A stretch of 41,364 nt of DNA from a virus. Lineage: Duplodnaviria; Heunggongvirae; Uroviricota; Caudoviricetes. Every line of letters starts with the position of its first letter. Position 1 is the first letter of the stretch. The stretch is from positions 1 through 41,364 of IMG/VR virus record IMGVR_UViG_2563366951_000005; one strand, given 5' to 3'. The position numbers and the translations under genes are program-made. The notes below the pieces were generated by a model. That model did no database searches and was not told where the DNA came from. It was given only the letters and a program-made list of their open reading frames with translations. Below, in pieces: positions 29,586 through 37,611 of the stretch.

Positions 29586-30912
29586 TGACGGCCCCCTGCA
29601 TGCTGTTGAAGAGACCACCAGCGGTCGTGATAATTTCACTCGTCGGCATACGTTCGAGCCACAGCTGGTTGATATTGGCTTTCAGCTTGTTCTGCTGCGA
29701 AACAGGTAGAGCGTCAGCCCCTTCAATCTGGTTAAACACCAGTCCAACCTCAAGAGGCCAAACGCGCGATTCGTTTAACGCCTTGTCCTTTGATTCCTGC
29801 GTCTCACGGACATGGGCGCGGATCCCCCGAATATTTGACCATTTGGCTTTATCCAGGCTTTCCATGGTCGCGATGAATTCACTGTGGTTAATGCCGTATT
29901 CTTTCGCAGACTCAACGGCAACCGTGCGTAACCGCTCTGACATGTCTTGTTTCACGTCATCGCTATCAAAGGGCAATGTTTCCAGCCATGCATTAACACC
30001 CACCAGGATGCTCTCGCTGATCAGCTTTTTCGCTCTGTCGATCGTCAGCGGTGAAACATTGGTAAATTCAGGGTTTTCCAGAGAGTCGGCAGCCCAGGTA
30101 TGACCAAACTTTGACTCGCTGAAGGTGTACTCGTCTTTCTCGCCGAACGCCGCGACAACACAGGCCCAAGCCTCTACACCGCTGGTTTCCAGAATGGCTT
30201 TTTGGGTTAATGGCAGTTCTGCCTCTGATTTCTTCGGCACTACCTCAGCGTCCAGCTCTGGCGCCGCATCAGTTTGCGTTCTTCCCACGGCAAATTGGGC
30301 CAGCGACATCGCAGCACGGCCTTTGGCCTCCAGGTCGGTGCGGTTGATGTAACTGAAACGCTCACCCCGCCATGTTTTGTCGAAGACCACGATAGCGCCA
30401 GCAAAAAATGCGCTGGTGGGCTGCTGCTTTTCGTCTTTCGGCACGAACCATGTAGGAAGATCGAAACCAATTCGGCCACGGATGAATGTGACGTGATCTG
30501 CCTCTTCCGGCCACCACGTTTCACTCGTCGCAGACTTAATGAGAAAAACGTACCGACCACCCTTTTCTCGCATGGCCATAGCGTGGTTAATGATGTGGGT
30601 CATTCCGGTAACGGCCTGCTTGTCGTGGTACTGAGAGCGGCTGTAAGGCGGGTTGCCAAACCCGGCACCACCGAGTTCTGCCAGCCGCTCTGACCAATCC
30701 TGCGTCAGGGCATTATCTTCAGCCGTGTACCATGCTGGGCACTTCGCGTTGCTGTCGTCGGCAAAAAGGTCCAACACCAGAGGGCCGAACATCGCATTGA
30801 TCCCCCAAAACAACAGATCCGGAGTGCGCCATTGATCACCGACCTCTTTCAACTCGTGTGCTGGTTTTGAACGGAGTTCAGCCAGTGCACGGCAGTATTT
30901 ATTTTCCATCAT
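29578..30912 (-). CDS. phage Dam-type N6-adenine DNA methyltransferase (NPPY) with ~260-aa C-terminal extension
   Basis: N-terminal ~180 aa with GFGNPPYS; ATGA overlap with upstream gene; C-terminal domain unassigned. Confidence 0.8.
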   Translation of the reverse strand: MMENKYCRALAELRSKPAHELKEVGDQWRTPDLLFWGINAMFGPLVLDLFADDSNAKCPAWYTAEDNALTQDWSERLAELGGAGFGNPPYSRSQYHDKQAVTGMTHIINHAMAMREKGGRYVFLIKSATSETWWPEEADHVTFIRGRIGFDLPTWFVPKDEKQQPTSAFFAGAIVVFDKTWRGERFSYINRTDLEAKGRAAMSLAQFAVGRTQTDAAPELDAEVVPKKSEAELPLTQKAILETSGVEAWACVVAAFGEKDEYTFSESKFGHTWAADSLENPEFTNVSPLTIDRAKKLISESILVGVNAWLETLPFDSDDVKQDMSERLRTVAVESAKEYGINHSEFIATMESLDKAKWSNIRGIRAHVRETQESKDKALNESRVWPLEVGLVFNQIEGADALPVSQQNKLKANINQLWLERMPTSEIITTAGGLFNSMQGAVNA

Positions 30913-31763
30913 CCTCTGAACCCCTCTGGAATCTTGCTATCAACCGGACCGAACTTCATCGGGTCATGTTTCTTTTCACCCCAGCTGTCACGCGGTGGCC
31001 GCCCCTTCTTGTCCCAGCGGATCCCGCTTTGCAGATAACCTTCAAATTTTTTCGGACCGAAGAGCGTTTCAGGACGCATGTACTGGTACTGCACGTCATT
31101 GCCGTTCCAGTGCTCATGCTTAAGGTCGATCACCAGCTGTAAGTCGCTAACGGTGTAACCTTCACGCAGACGAGCACGGATGTTTTCCAGAGAAGTTTTT
31201 GATTTTTGGTATCGTGAGCCACTAACCAGGTTCAGATGATTCAGAACCAGGATGGCGTTATCGGTGATCATCACTTCAGGGTCTGGTTGCGGCGCAACCG
31301 GACAAGAAGGTTTTTTAACTGATGGATCAGTAGTTGTATTTACTGACGGATCCCCCCCAGATTCTGACGGGTGAAAACCGCCTTTTTCATCGTTTTTTGA
31401 TGCCTCAGATTTTGACGCGTCTGTTTTTGAGGCATCAGATTTTGATGCGTCAGAATCTGACAGGTGAGAAAAGGCAGCAGCCTGCAATTTCGCAACATTG
31501 AGCTGGTAAACGTTCGATGCATTTCGGTTGCCTTTACGGCGCTGCTGGCGGGTTAACCAACCATCTTTTTCCAGCTGAGATATGGCTGTACGAACCGTGC
31601 TCTCACCAGCACCAATCTGGCGCGCGATGGTAGCGATGGAAGGCCAGCTAACCCCTTCATCACTGCTGAAGTCTGCCAGACGCGCCATGATGGCAACGCT
31701 GGATAACTTCATGCCTGACGAAGCGCATGCATCCCATACGTAACCGGTTAATTTAGTGCTCAT
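30909..31763 (-). CDS. replication initiation protein (N-terminal winged-helix domain, central SDASK repeats, conserved phage C-terminal domain)
   Basis: 284 aa; RBS AAGGA; architecture resembles lambdoid O-type initiators; contains DNA iteron-like repeats. Confidence 0.7.
   Translation of the reverse strand: MSTKLTGYVWDACASSGMKLSSVAIMARLADFSSDEGVSWPSIATIARQIGAGESTVRTAISQLEKDGWLTRQQRRKGNRNASNVYQLNVAKLQAAAFSHLSDSDASKSDASKTDASKSEASKNDEKGGFHPSESGGDPSVNTTTDPSVKKPSCPVAPQPDPEVMITDNAILVLNHLNLVSGSRYQKSKTSLENIRARLREGYTVSDLQLVIDLKHEHWNGNDVQYQYMRPETLFGPKKFEGYLQSGIRWDKKGRPPRDSWGEKKHDPMKFGPVDSKIPEGFRG
31339..31466. repeat. iteron-like direct repeats (consensus CAGAtTyTGAyGnGT) with T-tracts, candidate ori inside the initiator gene
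   Basis: Four to five copies at 31339, 31358, 31406, 31437 and 31451 read directly from sequence. Confidence 0.55.
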
Positions 31764-31772
31764 GGTCGTCCT

Positions 31773-32111
31773 TTAATTCTGTAAATTTACGCTGGAATTG
31801 TTCAAGAGGGCTGAAGCACTCATGATCGTACCCTTCGCGAAGGTATATAACGCGCTGTGTATCTGGCTCCCAGCGGACAACTCTGACGGGAACTCCGTAG
31901 TGATCTCTGAACCGCCGGTTAACTTCAGCCATTCCTCGCGCCCCTTCTCGTTCATCTGAACAAATGCTTCTACCATCAAGTCTGCTGGCTGGTAGTTGCC
32001 TCCATCAGCCGCGTTATTTATGATTTCCACATAGCCGAACTGGGCATCTTTACCCACCAGCGGCAAACATCTGAATTGCTTAGCTGGTCTGAATCGGTTT
32101 ACACTGTTCAT
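31773..32111 (-). CDS. hypothetical protein (112 aa)
   Basis: ORF with ATGA overlap to the upstream CII-like gene. Confidence 0.55.
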   Translation of the reverse strand: MNSVNRFRPAKQFRCLPLVGKDAQFGYVEIINNAADGGNYQPADLMVEAFVQMNEKGREEWLKLTGGSEITTEFPSELSAGSQIHSALYTFAKGTIMSASALLNNSSVNLQN

Positions 32112-32671
32112 GCGTTAGTTTCTCCACTGATACGACACGCCAAGGCGCCCGGAGCTGCACACTCGCGGGCGTCACCTTTTCTGCCTGTTGAAACGAATAC
32201 GTCAATCGCCTGATCTGAAACACCAACCCCATAAAGCGCCATAAATCCCAGGAACCCGTGAATCTGGTGGCGGAGCTTCTTACTGAATAATTCTGAAAGC
32301 GTTTTGCGCTCTGATGAATCAATTACCCCATCAGCCGCTGCTGCCATCTTGGCATTAGCCAGCTCACCAGATGCTGCTGCCGCTTTCATCTCAATGCTGT
32401 ACAGCTCAACGTTATCCAGGCTCTCAGCAGTTGGAACATCCACCAGCCATTTCCCTTTTCGGTTCGCCTGGTACTCGGCCAAGTAACAAGAACCAGACAG
32501 GTCCTCCATCCGTTCCAGTTCTGCCAAGGTAAAGAACCGACTGCCACACTTCTGGTACAGGTGGTTGTGGAACTGGTCGATAGTCATCCCTAAATCGGAA
32601 GCCATACCTAAGCGACCATGCTTGTGTGCCTTACACATCAGGCGGATTGCTGTATTTATGCTGTCTACCAT
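32108..32671 (-). CDS. CII-like regulatory protein (phage 186 CII/CP76-like)
   Basis: 187 aa from ATG 32671 with RBS GAGGGA; similarity to 186 CII judged from memory; position directly after cro. Confidence 0.5.
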   Translation of the reverse strand: MVDSINTAIRLMCKAHKHGRLGMASDLGMTIDQFHNHLYQKCGSRFFTLAELERMEDLSGSCYLAEYQANRKGKWLVDVPTAESLDNVELYSIEMKAAAASGELANAKMAAAADGVIDSSERKTLSELFSKKLRHQIHGFLGFMALYGVGVSDQAIDVFVSTGRKGDARECAAPGALACRISGETNA

Positions 32672-32702
32672 GTTGATTTCCCTCTGGTAGTTAATAATCA
32701 AC

Positions 32703-32960
32703 TTAAAGTTGACTATTGTTGTTAGCGGAAGGTATGCCGTCATTTTTGTTCGGATAAATATCAGGTCGTAATTGATGGGGAGTTACTACCCATCCGCCCC
32801 ATTGGCAGAGTTGAATAACTCTTTCAGAAGGTACTCGGTTCTTTGCAATCCAGTTCGCAACAGATTGAACTGATTGGAATTCAAACCGCCTTGATACCTC
32901 TGAAATCGACCCGATCGCCTTCACAGCTTTAGCTGTTACATTCTTGTGTTGAGATGACAT
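32703..32960 (-). CDS. cro: Cro-like repressor (YdaS/Cro family HTH)
   Basis: 85 aa from ATG 32960 with RBS AGGAGA; divergent from cI; HTH followed by RPD motif. Confidence 0.7.
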   Translation of the reverse strand: MSSQHKNVTAKAVKAIGSISEVSRRFEFQSVQSVANWIAKNRVPSERVIQLCQWGGWVVTPHQLRPDIYPNKNDGIPSANNNSQL

Positions 32961-32988
32961 GTGTTCTCCTATGACTAAGCCTGCATCA

Positions 32989-33017
32989 ATACTACTTATA
33001 GTAGCAATTATTAGCAA
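32989..33017 (-). promoter_or_regulatory. pR: -35 TTGCTA, 17-bp spacer containing operator palindrome CTACTATAAGTAG, -10 TAGTAT
   Basis: Read on minus strand; 22-nt leader to cro RBS. Confidence 0.6.
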
Positions 33018-33029
33018 CTTAAAATAGAA

Positions 33030-33749
33030 ATGACAACTATGCCTTGTGCGCTTAATCTTCTACTTATGGTGGAAAATGCTAAATACAAAGACTTTGCCGA
33101 AAGGCTAAACAGGTCTCTCCAAGAGCAATCTATTGGAGTTAAAGAATTGTCAGAGTTCAGTGGTGTCTCGTATGAGATGGCGCGGCGCTACACTCTTGGT
33201 ACTGCAAAGCCGAGAGATGAGAAGATGATTCGAATTGCAGAAAGACTTGCCGTCTCACCGGCTTATCTTGATTATGGTGTGCCTGTTAATGGTGGCGACG
33301 CGCCAGCCAAAGGCACGGTCAGAATAGAGCAATTGGATGTTCATGCTTCAGCCGGTTCCGGATATATAAACCAACCATTCCCTACAATAGTGAGCTCAAT
33401 AGAGATTCCAGAAGAGAGGATCTTCGAGTTGTTTGGTCGTAGAAGCCTTGATGGCATCGTCATGATAAATGTTGATGGCGATAGCATGATGCCCACGCTT
33501 TGCCCAAAGGACCTGCTTTTCATAGACAGCAAGGTTGAACAATTCAGCGGCGACGGCGTTTATGTGTTCAATTTTGAAGACAGTACGTTCGTTAAACGTT
33601 TGCAGAAGGTAAAAGGGCGCCGACTGGCAGTTCTTTCAGACAATGAACATTACCCGCCCTTCTTCATAGAGGAGCATGAAATGAATGAACTATACATATT
33701 CGGCAAGCTAATCAGATGCTTACCTCTAAAAATGATAGAGTTTGGCTAA
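33030..33749 (+). CDS. cI: CI repressor (HTH plus LexA/S24-type autocleavage domain)
   Basis: 239 aa; N-terminal HTH; C-terminal VDGDSMMPT with Ser and Lys dyad residues; start ambiguous (33030, 33039 or 33066), possibly leaderless. Confidence 0.9.
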   Translation: MTTMPCALNLLLMVENAKYKDFAERLNRSLQEQSIGVKELSEFSGVSYEMARRYTLGTAKPRDEKMIRIAERLAVSPAYLDYGVPVNGGDAPAKGTVRIEQLDVHASAGSGYINQPFPTIVSSIEIPEERIFELFGRRSLDGIVMINVDGDSMMPTLCPKDLLFIDSKVEQFSGDGVYVFNFEDSTFVKRLQKVKGRRLAVLSDNEHYPPFFIEEHEMNELYIFGKLIRCLPLKMIEFG

Positions 33750-33768
33750 TAATTAATTCATCAAGAAA

Positions 33769-33790
33769 CCGGCGAAAGCCGGTTTTTTTT
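33769..33790 (+). terminator. intrinsic terminator after cI (CCGGC-GAAA-GCCGG + T8)
   Basis: Perfect stem and 8 T read directly. Confidence 0.8.
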
Positions 33791-33854
33791 ACGCCTCCAA
33801 TTCCTCACCTCATAACACTACACTACTAAAAATTTCATTTTCTACTTTTTGTTG

Positions 33855-33884
33855 TTGCAATTATCTACTTAAAGTAGCTATAGT
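33855..33884 (+). promoter_or_regulatory. pL: -35 TTGCAA, 18-bp spacer containing operator palindrome CTACTTAAAGTAG, -10 TATAGT
   Basis: Read on plus strand upstream of the pL operon; same palindrome family as in pR. Confidence 0.6.
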
Positions 33885-33993
33885 CATTGCATCGAAAGCG
33901 AACAGGCAGGACGCCCACGAAGTAGCCGCCGGTGGCATATGAATAACCGGATGATTCGCTGACAGAAAACTTAGGTTGGGGGTAGAGGTTTAC

Positions 33994-34359
33994 ATGAATC
34001 ATTTATTCACATGCTCATTTTGCGGAGCAACCGAACTGGGAGCGATAAAGATCGTCGCAAAAGGTGGTAAGGACGAACCTGCCATCTGTTCGGAATGCGT
34101 AGTCACATGTGTAGAAAAAATGATCCTGACTAAAAAATCAGAGGCTGAAAAACCAACCTCTGATAACGAAATAATATCAGTCGATAAAAAACTATTTAAA
34201 GAGCTTCTTCAGCTTGTCCTCAACCTTCCTGATTTCGGAAGTAAGCTGGCTGCTGTTGACATTGATAGTAGCTCCACATCGACAAGTGAAACTTTTGTTC
34301 GACTTGAGCCAAGCGATTTTCTTCTTCGTCTTAGTGCCGCACTTAGGGCATGCGGGTAA
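33994..34359 (+). CDS. ClpX zinc-binding-domain-like C4 zinc-finger protein
   Basis: ATG 33994 with GAGG RBS; FTCSFCG...ICSECV matches the ClpX N-terminal zinc finger pattern (CSFCG...ICDEC); C-terminal half low complexity with rare codons. Confidence 0.55.
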   Translation: MNHLFTCSFCGATELGAIKIVAKGGKDEPAICSECVVTCVEKMILTKKSEAEKPTSDNEIISVDKKLFKELLQLVLNLPDFGSKLAAVDIDSSSTSTSETFVRLEPSDFLLRLSAALRACG

Positions 34360-34389
34360 CGTAATTTCCTGGTTATCAAAAGCGCCCAT
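34192..34389 (-). CDS. antisense zinc-ribbon ORF (CPKCG...CRCG), uncertain
   Basis: 65 aa from ATG 34389 with strong RBS AAGAGGG; overlaps the 3' half of the plus-strand ORF; only one of the two may be real in the overlap. Confidence 0.35.
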   Translation of the reverse strand: MGAFDNQEITLPACPKCGTKTKKKIAWLKSNKSFTCRCGATINVNSSQLTSEIRKVEDKLKKLFK

Positions 34390-34482
34390 AAACATCCCTC
34401 TTGGTTGTGTGAGAACACCAAGATACCACCGCGCCTGATGTGGTTAAAAGCAGGCTAAAGCAATAACAAGTAACTCCCTGTT

Positions 34483-34532
34483 CTGGCGGCCCGGTGTTTT
34501 CCCGTGTATTTCCGGTAACCGCCAGCCTTTTT
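34483..34532 (+). terminator. long GC-rich stem-loop (CTGGCGG...CCGCCAG) followed by T5
   Basis: Seen in sequence, in the 340-bp gap before rdgC. Confidence 0.4.
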
Positions 34533-34701
34533 CAGGGCACAACAGAAAAGGGCATCACCGGGCGACGGGCTCATAACCCAATCCACCCGGGCAAAAAGAA
34601 AGCGGTCTCTGCAAGCCGCCGACCAATGCAGGTGCCCTTCTCTGTTGTGTATGGAGAAACTAACTTTTTAGCGTCTGTGCAGATGCGCTGAGGAACCGAG
34701 A

Positions 34702-35619
34702 ATGAATAATCCGTTTTTCAAAAATATGTTGGTGTATCGCATTAGTCGCGATTTCACCATCAACCAGGAAGAGCTGGAACAGCAGCTTGAACTATTTCGC
34801 TTCACTCCATGCGGTAGCCAGGATATGGCAAAAACCGGTTGGGTATCACCACTTGGTCAGCTGTCAGATCGCTTGCATCACACTGTCAATAATCAAGTGT
34901 TGTTGGTTATTCGCCGGGAAGAAAAAATACTGCCATCTCCTGTCATTACTGAAGAACTGCGCAAGCGTGTGTCGCGTCTGGAATCCGATCAGGGGCGTCG
35001 CCTCAAAAAAACTGAGAAAGATTCGCTGCGTGATGAAGTGTTGCACTCCCTGCTTCCTCGGGCGTTCTCCAAAAACTCGACTGTTGGTTTGTGGATCAAC
35101 GTCACCGACGGTCTGATCATGGTTGATGCAGCCAGCGCTAAACGTGCCGAAGACTCACTGGCCCTGCTTCGTAAAACTCTCGGTTCTCTCCCGGTGGTAC
35201 CGCTGACTATGGAAACGCCGATCGAACTAACTATGACCGACTGGGTTCGTTCCGGTAGTGCGCCTGCTGGCTTTGGCCTGGGTGATGAAGCCGAACTGAA
35301 AGCTATTCTTGAAGATGGCGGTATTGGACGCTTTAAAAAACAGACTCTGGTCAGTGACGAAATTCATGTGCATCTGGAAGCTGGCAAAGTAGTTACAAAG
35401 CTGTCTATCGACTGGCAACAGCGCATTCAGTTCGTTCTTTGCGATGACGGCAGCATCAAACGCCTTAAGTTCTCTAATGAGATTACAGAACAAAACGACG
35501 ATATCGACCGTGAGGATGCGGCTCAGCGGTTCGACGCTGACTTTGTTCTGATGACCGGCGAGCTTATCTCTCTCATTAACGGATTAACAACCTCTCTCGG
35601 CGGCGAAGCCAAGCGATAA
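34702..35619 (+). CDS. rdgC: recombination-associated protein RdgC homolog
   Basis: 305 aa; long blocks ([59 protein letters not shown]) match E. coli RdgC as recalled. Confidence 0.9.
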   Translation: MNNPFFKNMLVYRISRDFTINQEELEQQLELFRFTPCGSQDMAKTGWVSPLGQLSDRLHHTVNNQVLLVIRREEKILPSPVITEELRKRVSRLESDQGRRLKKTEKDSLRDEVLHSLLPRAFSKNSTVGLWINVTDGLIMVDAASAKRAEDSLALLRKTLGSLPVVPLTMETPIELTMTDWVRSGSAPAGFGLGDEAELKAILEDGGIGRFKKQTLVSDEIHVHLEAGKVVTKLSIDWQQRIQFVLCDDGSIKRLKFSNEITEQNDDIDREDAAQRFDADFVLMTGELISLINGLTTSLGGEAKR

Positions 35620-35727
35620 ACACCAGGCAACAATTACCCCCATAAGCATGGGTTGGGTTGCTGCACGCTAAATTCAGCAATTCATTAATTTAATGGCGCG
35701 GTGCAGCGCGCCAATATGGAGAAAACC

Positions 35728-36267
35728 ATGAGCTACATTCAGACATTATCCGGCAAACACTTTAATTACCTCGATATCCAACAGGACGATATCGTCATCG
35801 AGGATATTGCTACTGCGCTGTCTCATATCTGCCGTTTTGCTGGGCATCTTCCTGAGTTTTACAGCGTCGGCCAGCATAGCGTTTTAACCAGCCATCTCGT
35901 TCCGCAGGAGTTTGCCTTAGAAGCACTGCTTCATGATGCCGCCGAAGCCTACCTGCAAGATATTCCCTCACCGCTTAAGCGCCTGTTACCGGATTACCAG
36001 GTGATCGAAGCTCGCGTAGACGCTGCTATTCGCCAGAAATTTGGCCTACCGACGGAGCAACACCCAACAGTGAAATATGCCGATCTGGTGATGCTCGCCA
36101 GCGAACGCCGCGATTTTGAGATTGACGAAGGTTCCGTGTGGCCATGCCTCGATGGCGTTGTCCCGACGGACCTATTCATCATCAATCCAGTTCGTCCAGG
36201 CCAGTCATACGGCATGTTCATAAATCGCTTTAATGAGTTGATGGAGCAGCGTCAATGCGCCGCATGA
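35728..36267 (+). CDS. HD-domain phosphohydrolase (YfdR-like)
   Basis: ATG 35728 with GGAG RBS; H...HD motif (ALSHICRFAGH ... LLHDAAEAY). Confidence 0.7.
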   Translation: MSYIQTLSGKHFNYLDIQQDDIVIEDIATALSHICRFAGHLPEFYSVGQHSVLTSHLVPQEFALEALLHDAAEAYLQDIPSPLKRLLPDYQVIEARVDAAIRQKFGLPTEQHPTVKYADLVMLASERRDFEIDEGSVWPCLDGVVPTDLFIINPVRPGQSYGMFINRFNELMEQRQCAA

Positions 36268-36431
36268 AGGTAAAAGAACTCGTGGCGGAGGCGTTTGCCT
36301 CCGTGGCTGAATTGCCACCAAAGCATGCATCGCTTATGCGCGAAGTCGCTACCAGGCTTGAAGCTACGTTCGCAGCATTAACCGAATCATTGGCGCAACT
36401 GGAACAGGAACGTAAAGGTAAAACGCAATGA
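36264..36431 (+). CDS. small hypothetical protein (55 aa, below ORF-track cutoff)
   Basis: Hand-translated ORF MKVKELVAEAF...; ATGA overlaps at both ends indicate translational coupling. Confidence 0.5.
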   Translation: MKVKELVAEAFASVAELPPKHASLMREVATRLEATFAALTESLAQLEQERKGKTQ

Positions 36432-36682
36432 CCGTATTTGAATATCTCCAGGGCCACCCGAACGCCACCAGCGGTGAAATCGCAAGGGCGATGGGTAAAA
36501 AGACGCCAGCCGTAGCCAGCGCACTATCTCAGCTTTATGCAACAGGGAGAATTGTTAAGTCTGGCGCACGCGGTGGGATACCGACATACCGCGTCAATGA
36601 TCTGCCGTTTGGATGCAGCAATAACTTAACGCTGATATTTAACCAGCTTCTGCGAAACGTCCGCAAAGGAGCAGCCCAATGA
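36428..36682 (+). CDS. small winged-helix/HTH-like protein (84 aa)
   Basis: ATSGEIARAMGKKTPAVASALSQLYATG; paralogous pattern to ORF 24779-24970. Confidence 0.6.
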   Translation: MTVFEYLQGHPNATSGEIARAMGKKTPAVASALSQLYATGRIVKSGARGGIPTYRVNDLPFGCSNNLTLIFNQLLRNVRKGAAQ

Positions 36683-36996
36683 GCAAATTTACGGCATTAC
36701 CAGTAGAACGCGACCAATACGGCTACTGGACTCACCCCGTCTATGAGCAATTTTGCGATGGTCGTGAATTTATCTCACCTGATGAGTTCAACGCCTGGCT
36801 GGATAAAAACGGCCTCGAATGGACGGTAGTTTACCGGGATGAAGAAGACATCGATCCTGAAGTTGATGGTTACGATATTTCAGCCTGGCAGCCAGAATCG
36901 CCAGCCGGTGAAGGTTGGTTTGTCGGTTCAATTCACAACACCGAAGATGGCGCGGTATGCATCTGGTTACGTAACGTTGAAGGCGGTGCAGCATGA
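36679..36996 (+). CDS. hypothetical protein (105 aa)
   Basis: Coupled ORF in pL operon. Confidence 0.6.
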   Translation: MSKFTALPVERDQYGYWTHPVYEQFCDGREFISPDEFNAWLDKNGLEWTVVYRDEEDIDPEVDGYDISAWQPESPAGEGWFVGSIHNTEDGAVCIWLRNVEGGAA

Positions 36997-37349
36997 GCAA
37001 ATCATTAAATGCACGCTGTATCCGCCGCTGGGAAGTTGAGTTCAAAGGCCTTTGTGATTCGAAGGTGAGTCCGTGGTGGAATAAGCGCGATCTCCGCGGC
37101 TATATCCGTGAATGCGCCCTGACAACTGCTGAATGCATGGTAGAGAGCCTGGCCTATAACAACGCAATGCATGATTTTTTTGCTGAAAACGGCGATGACC
37201 GTGGCTGGTCTCCAGAATTCTCAGTTTGGTACGACAGCAGCCGTCGTGAGCAGTACAGGAAAGAAGCACTGAGCTACCTCAATGAAGAGGCCAGCAACGA
37301 CGAAATAGACGAAGAGATTCAGAACGAGCTGGAGGCCTGGAATGACTAA
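36993..37349 (+). CDS. hypothetical protein (118 aa)
   Basis: Coupled ORF in pL operon. Confidence 0.6.
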   Translation: MSKSLNARCIRRWEVEFKGLCDSKVSPWWNKRDLRGYIRECALTTAECMVESLAYNNAMHDFFAENGDDRGWSPEFSVWYDSSRREQYRKEALSYLNEEASNDEIDEEIQNELEAWND

Positions 37350-37611
37350 CTGCCCATCAACACCTAAACCTTTTCGCGCTGACGGCGGCGATATAAGCAC
37401 TGGCCGCCTCAAAGAAATAGCGGACAATCCATACGGTGACGAAGAGAAATGCTGTCTGGCTAAGCGTGTGCTGGCGTCACTTGAAGTGGAGCCTGTGGCG
37501 TGGACTGATGCGGATGAATTGCGTGATGTAAAGAATGGAGGCAGCGGCTATCTGTTTGCTATTGGTGGTGAGGCCAATAAATTTGCTGATCCGCACCGCC
37601 AACGCCGGTAG
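37342..37611 (+). CDS. hypothetical protein (89 aa)
   Basis: Coupled ORF in pL operon. Confidence 0.55.
   Translation: MTNCPSTPKPFRADGGDISTGRLKEIADNPYGDEEKCCLAKRVLASLEVEPVAWTDADELRDVKNGGSGYLFAIGGEANKFADPHRQRR

Noticed and set aside
33976-33993. Upstream TTG-initiated extension of the zinc-finger ORF (and similar TTG/GTG extensions at 25862-25882, 27634-27681, 29586-29639)
   Set aside because: In each case an in-frame ATG with a recognisable Shine-Dalgarno lies downstream and gives coupling-consistent spacing to the neighbouring gene, so the shorter start was preferred.
34494-34691. 65-aa plus-strand ORF between the zinc-finger gene and rdgC
   Set aside because: No RBS, overlaps a strong stem-loop with T-run, basic low-complexity translation; more likely part of an untranslated leader.
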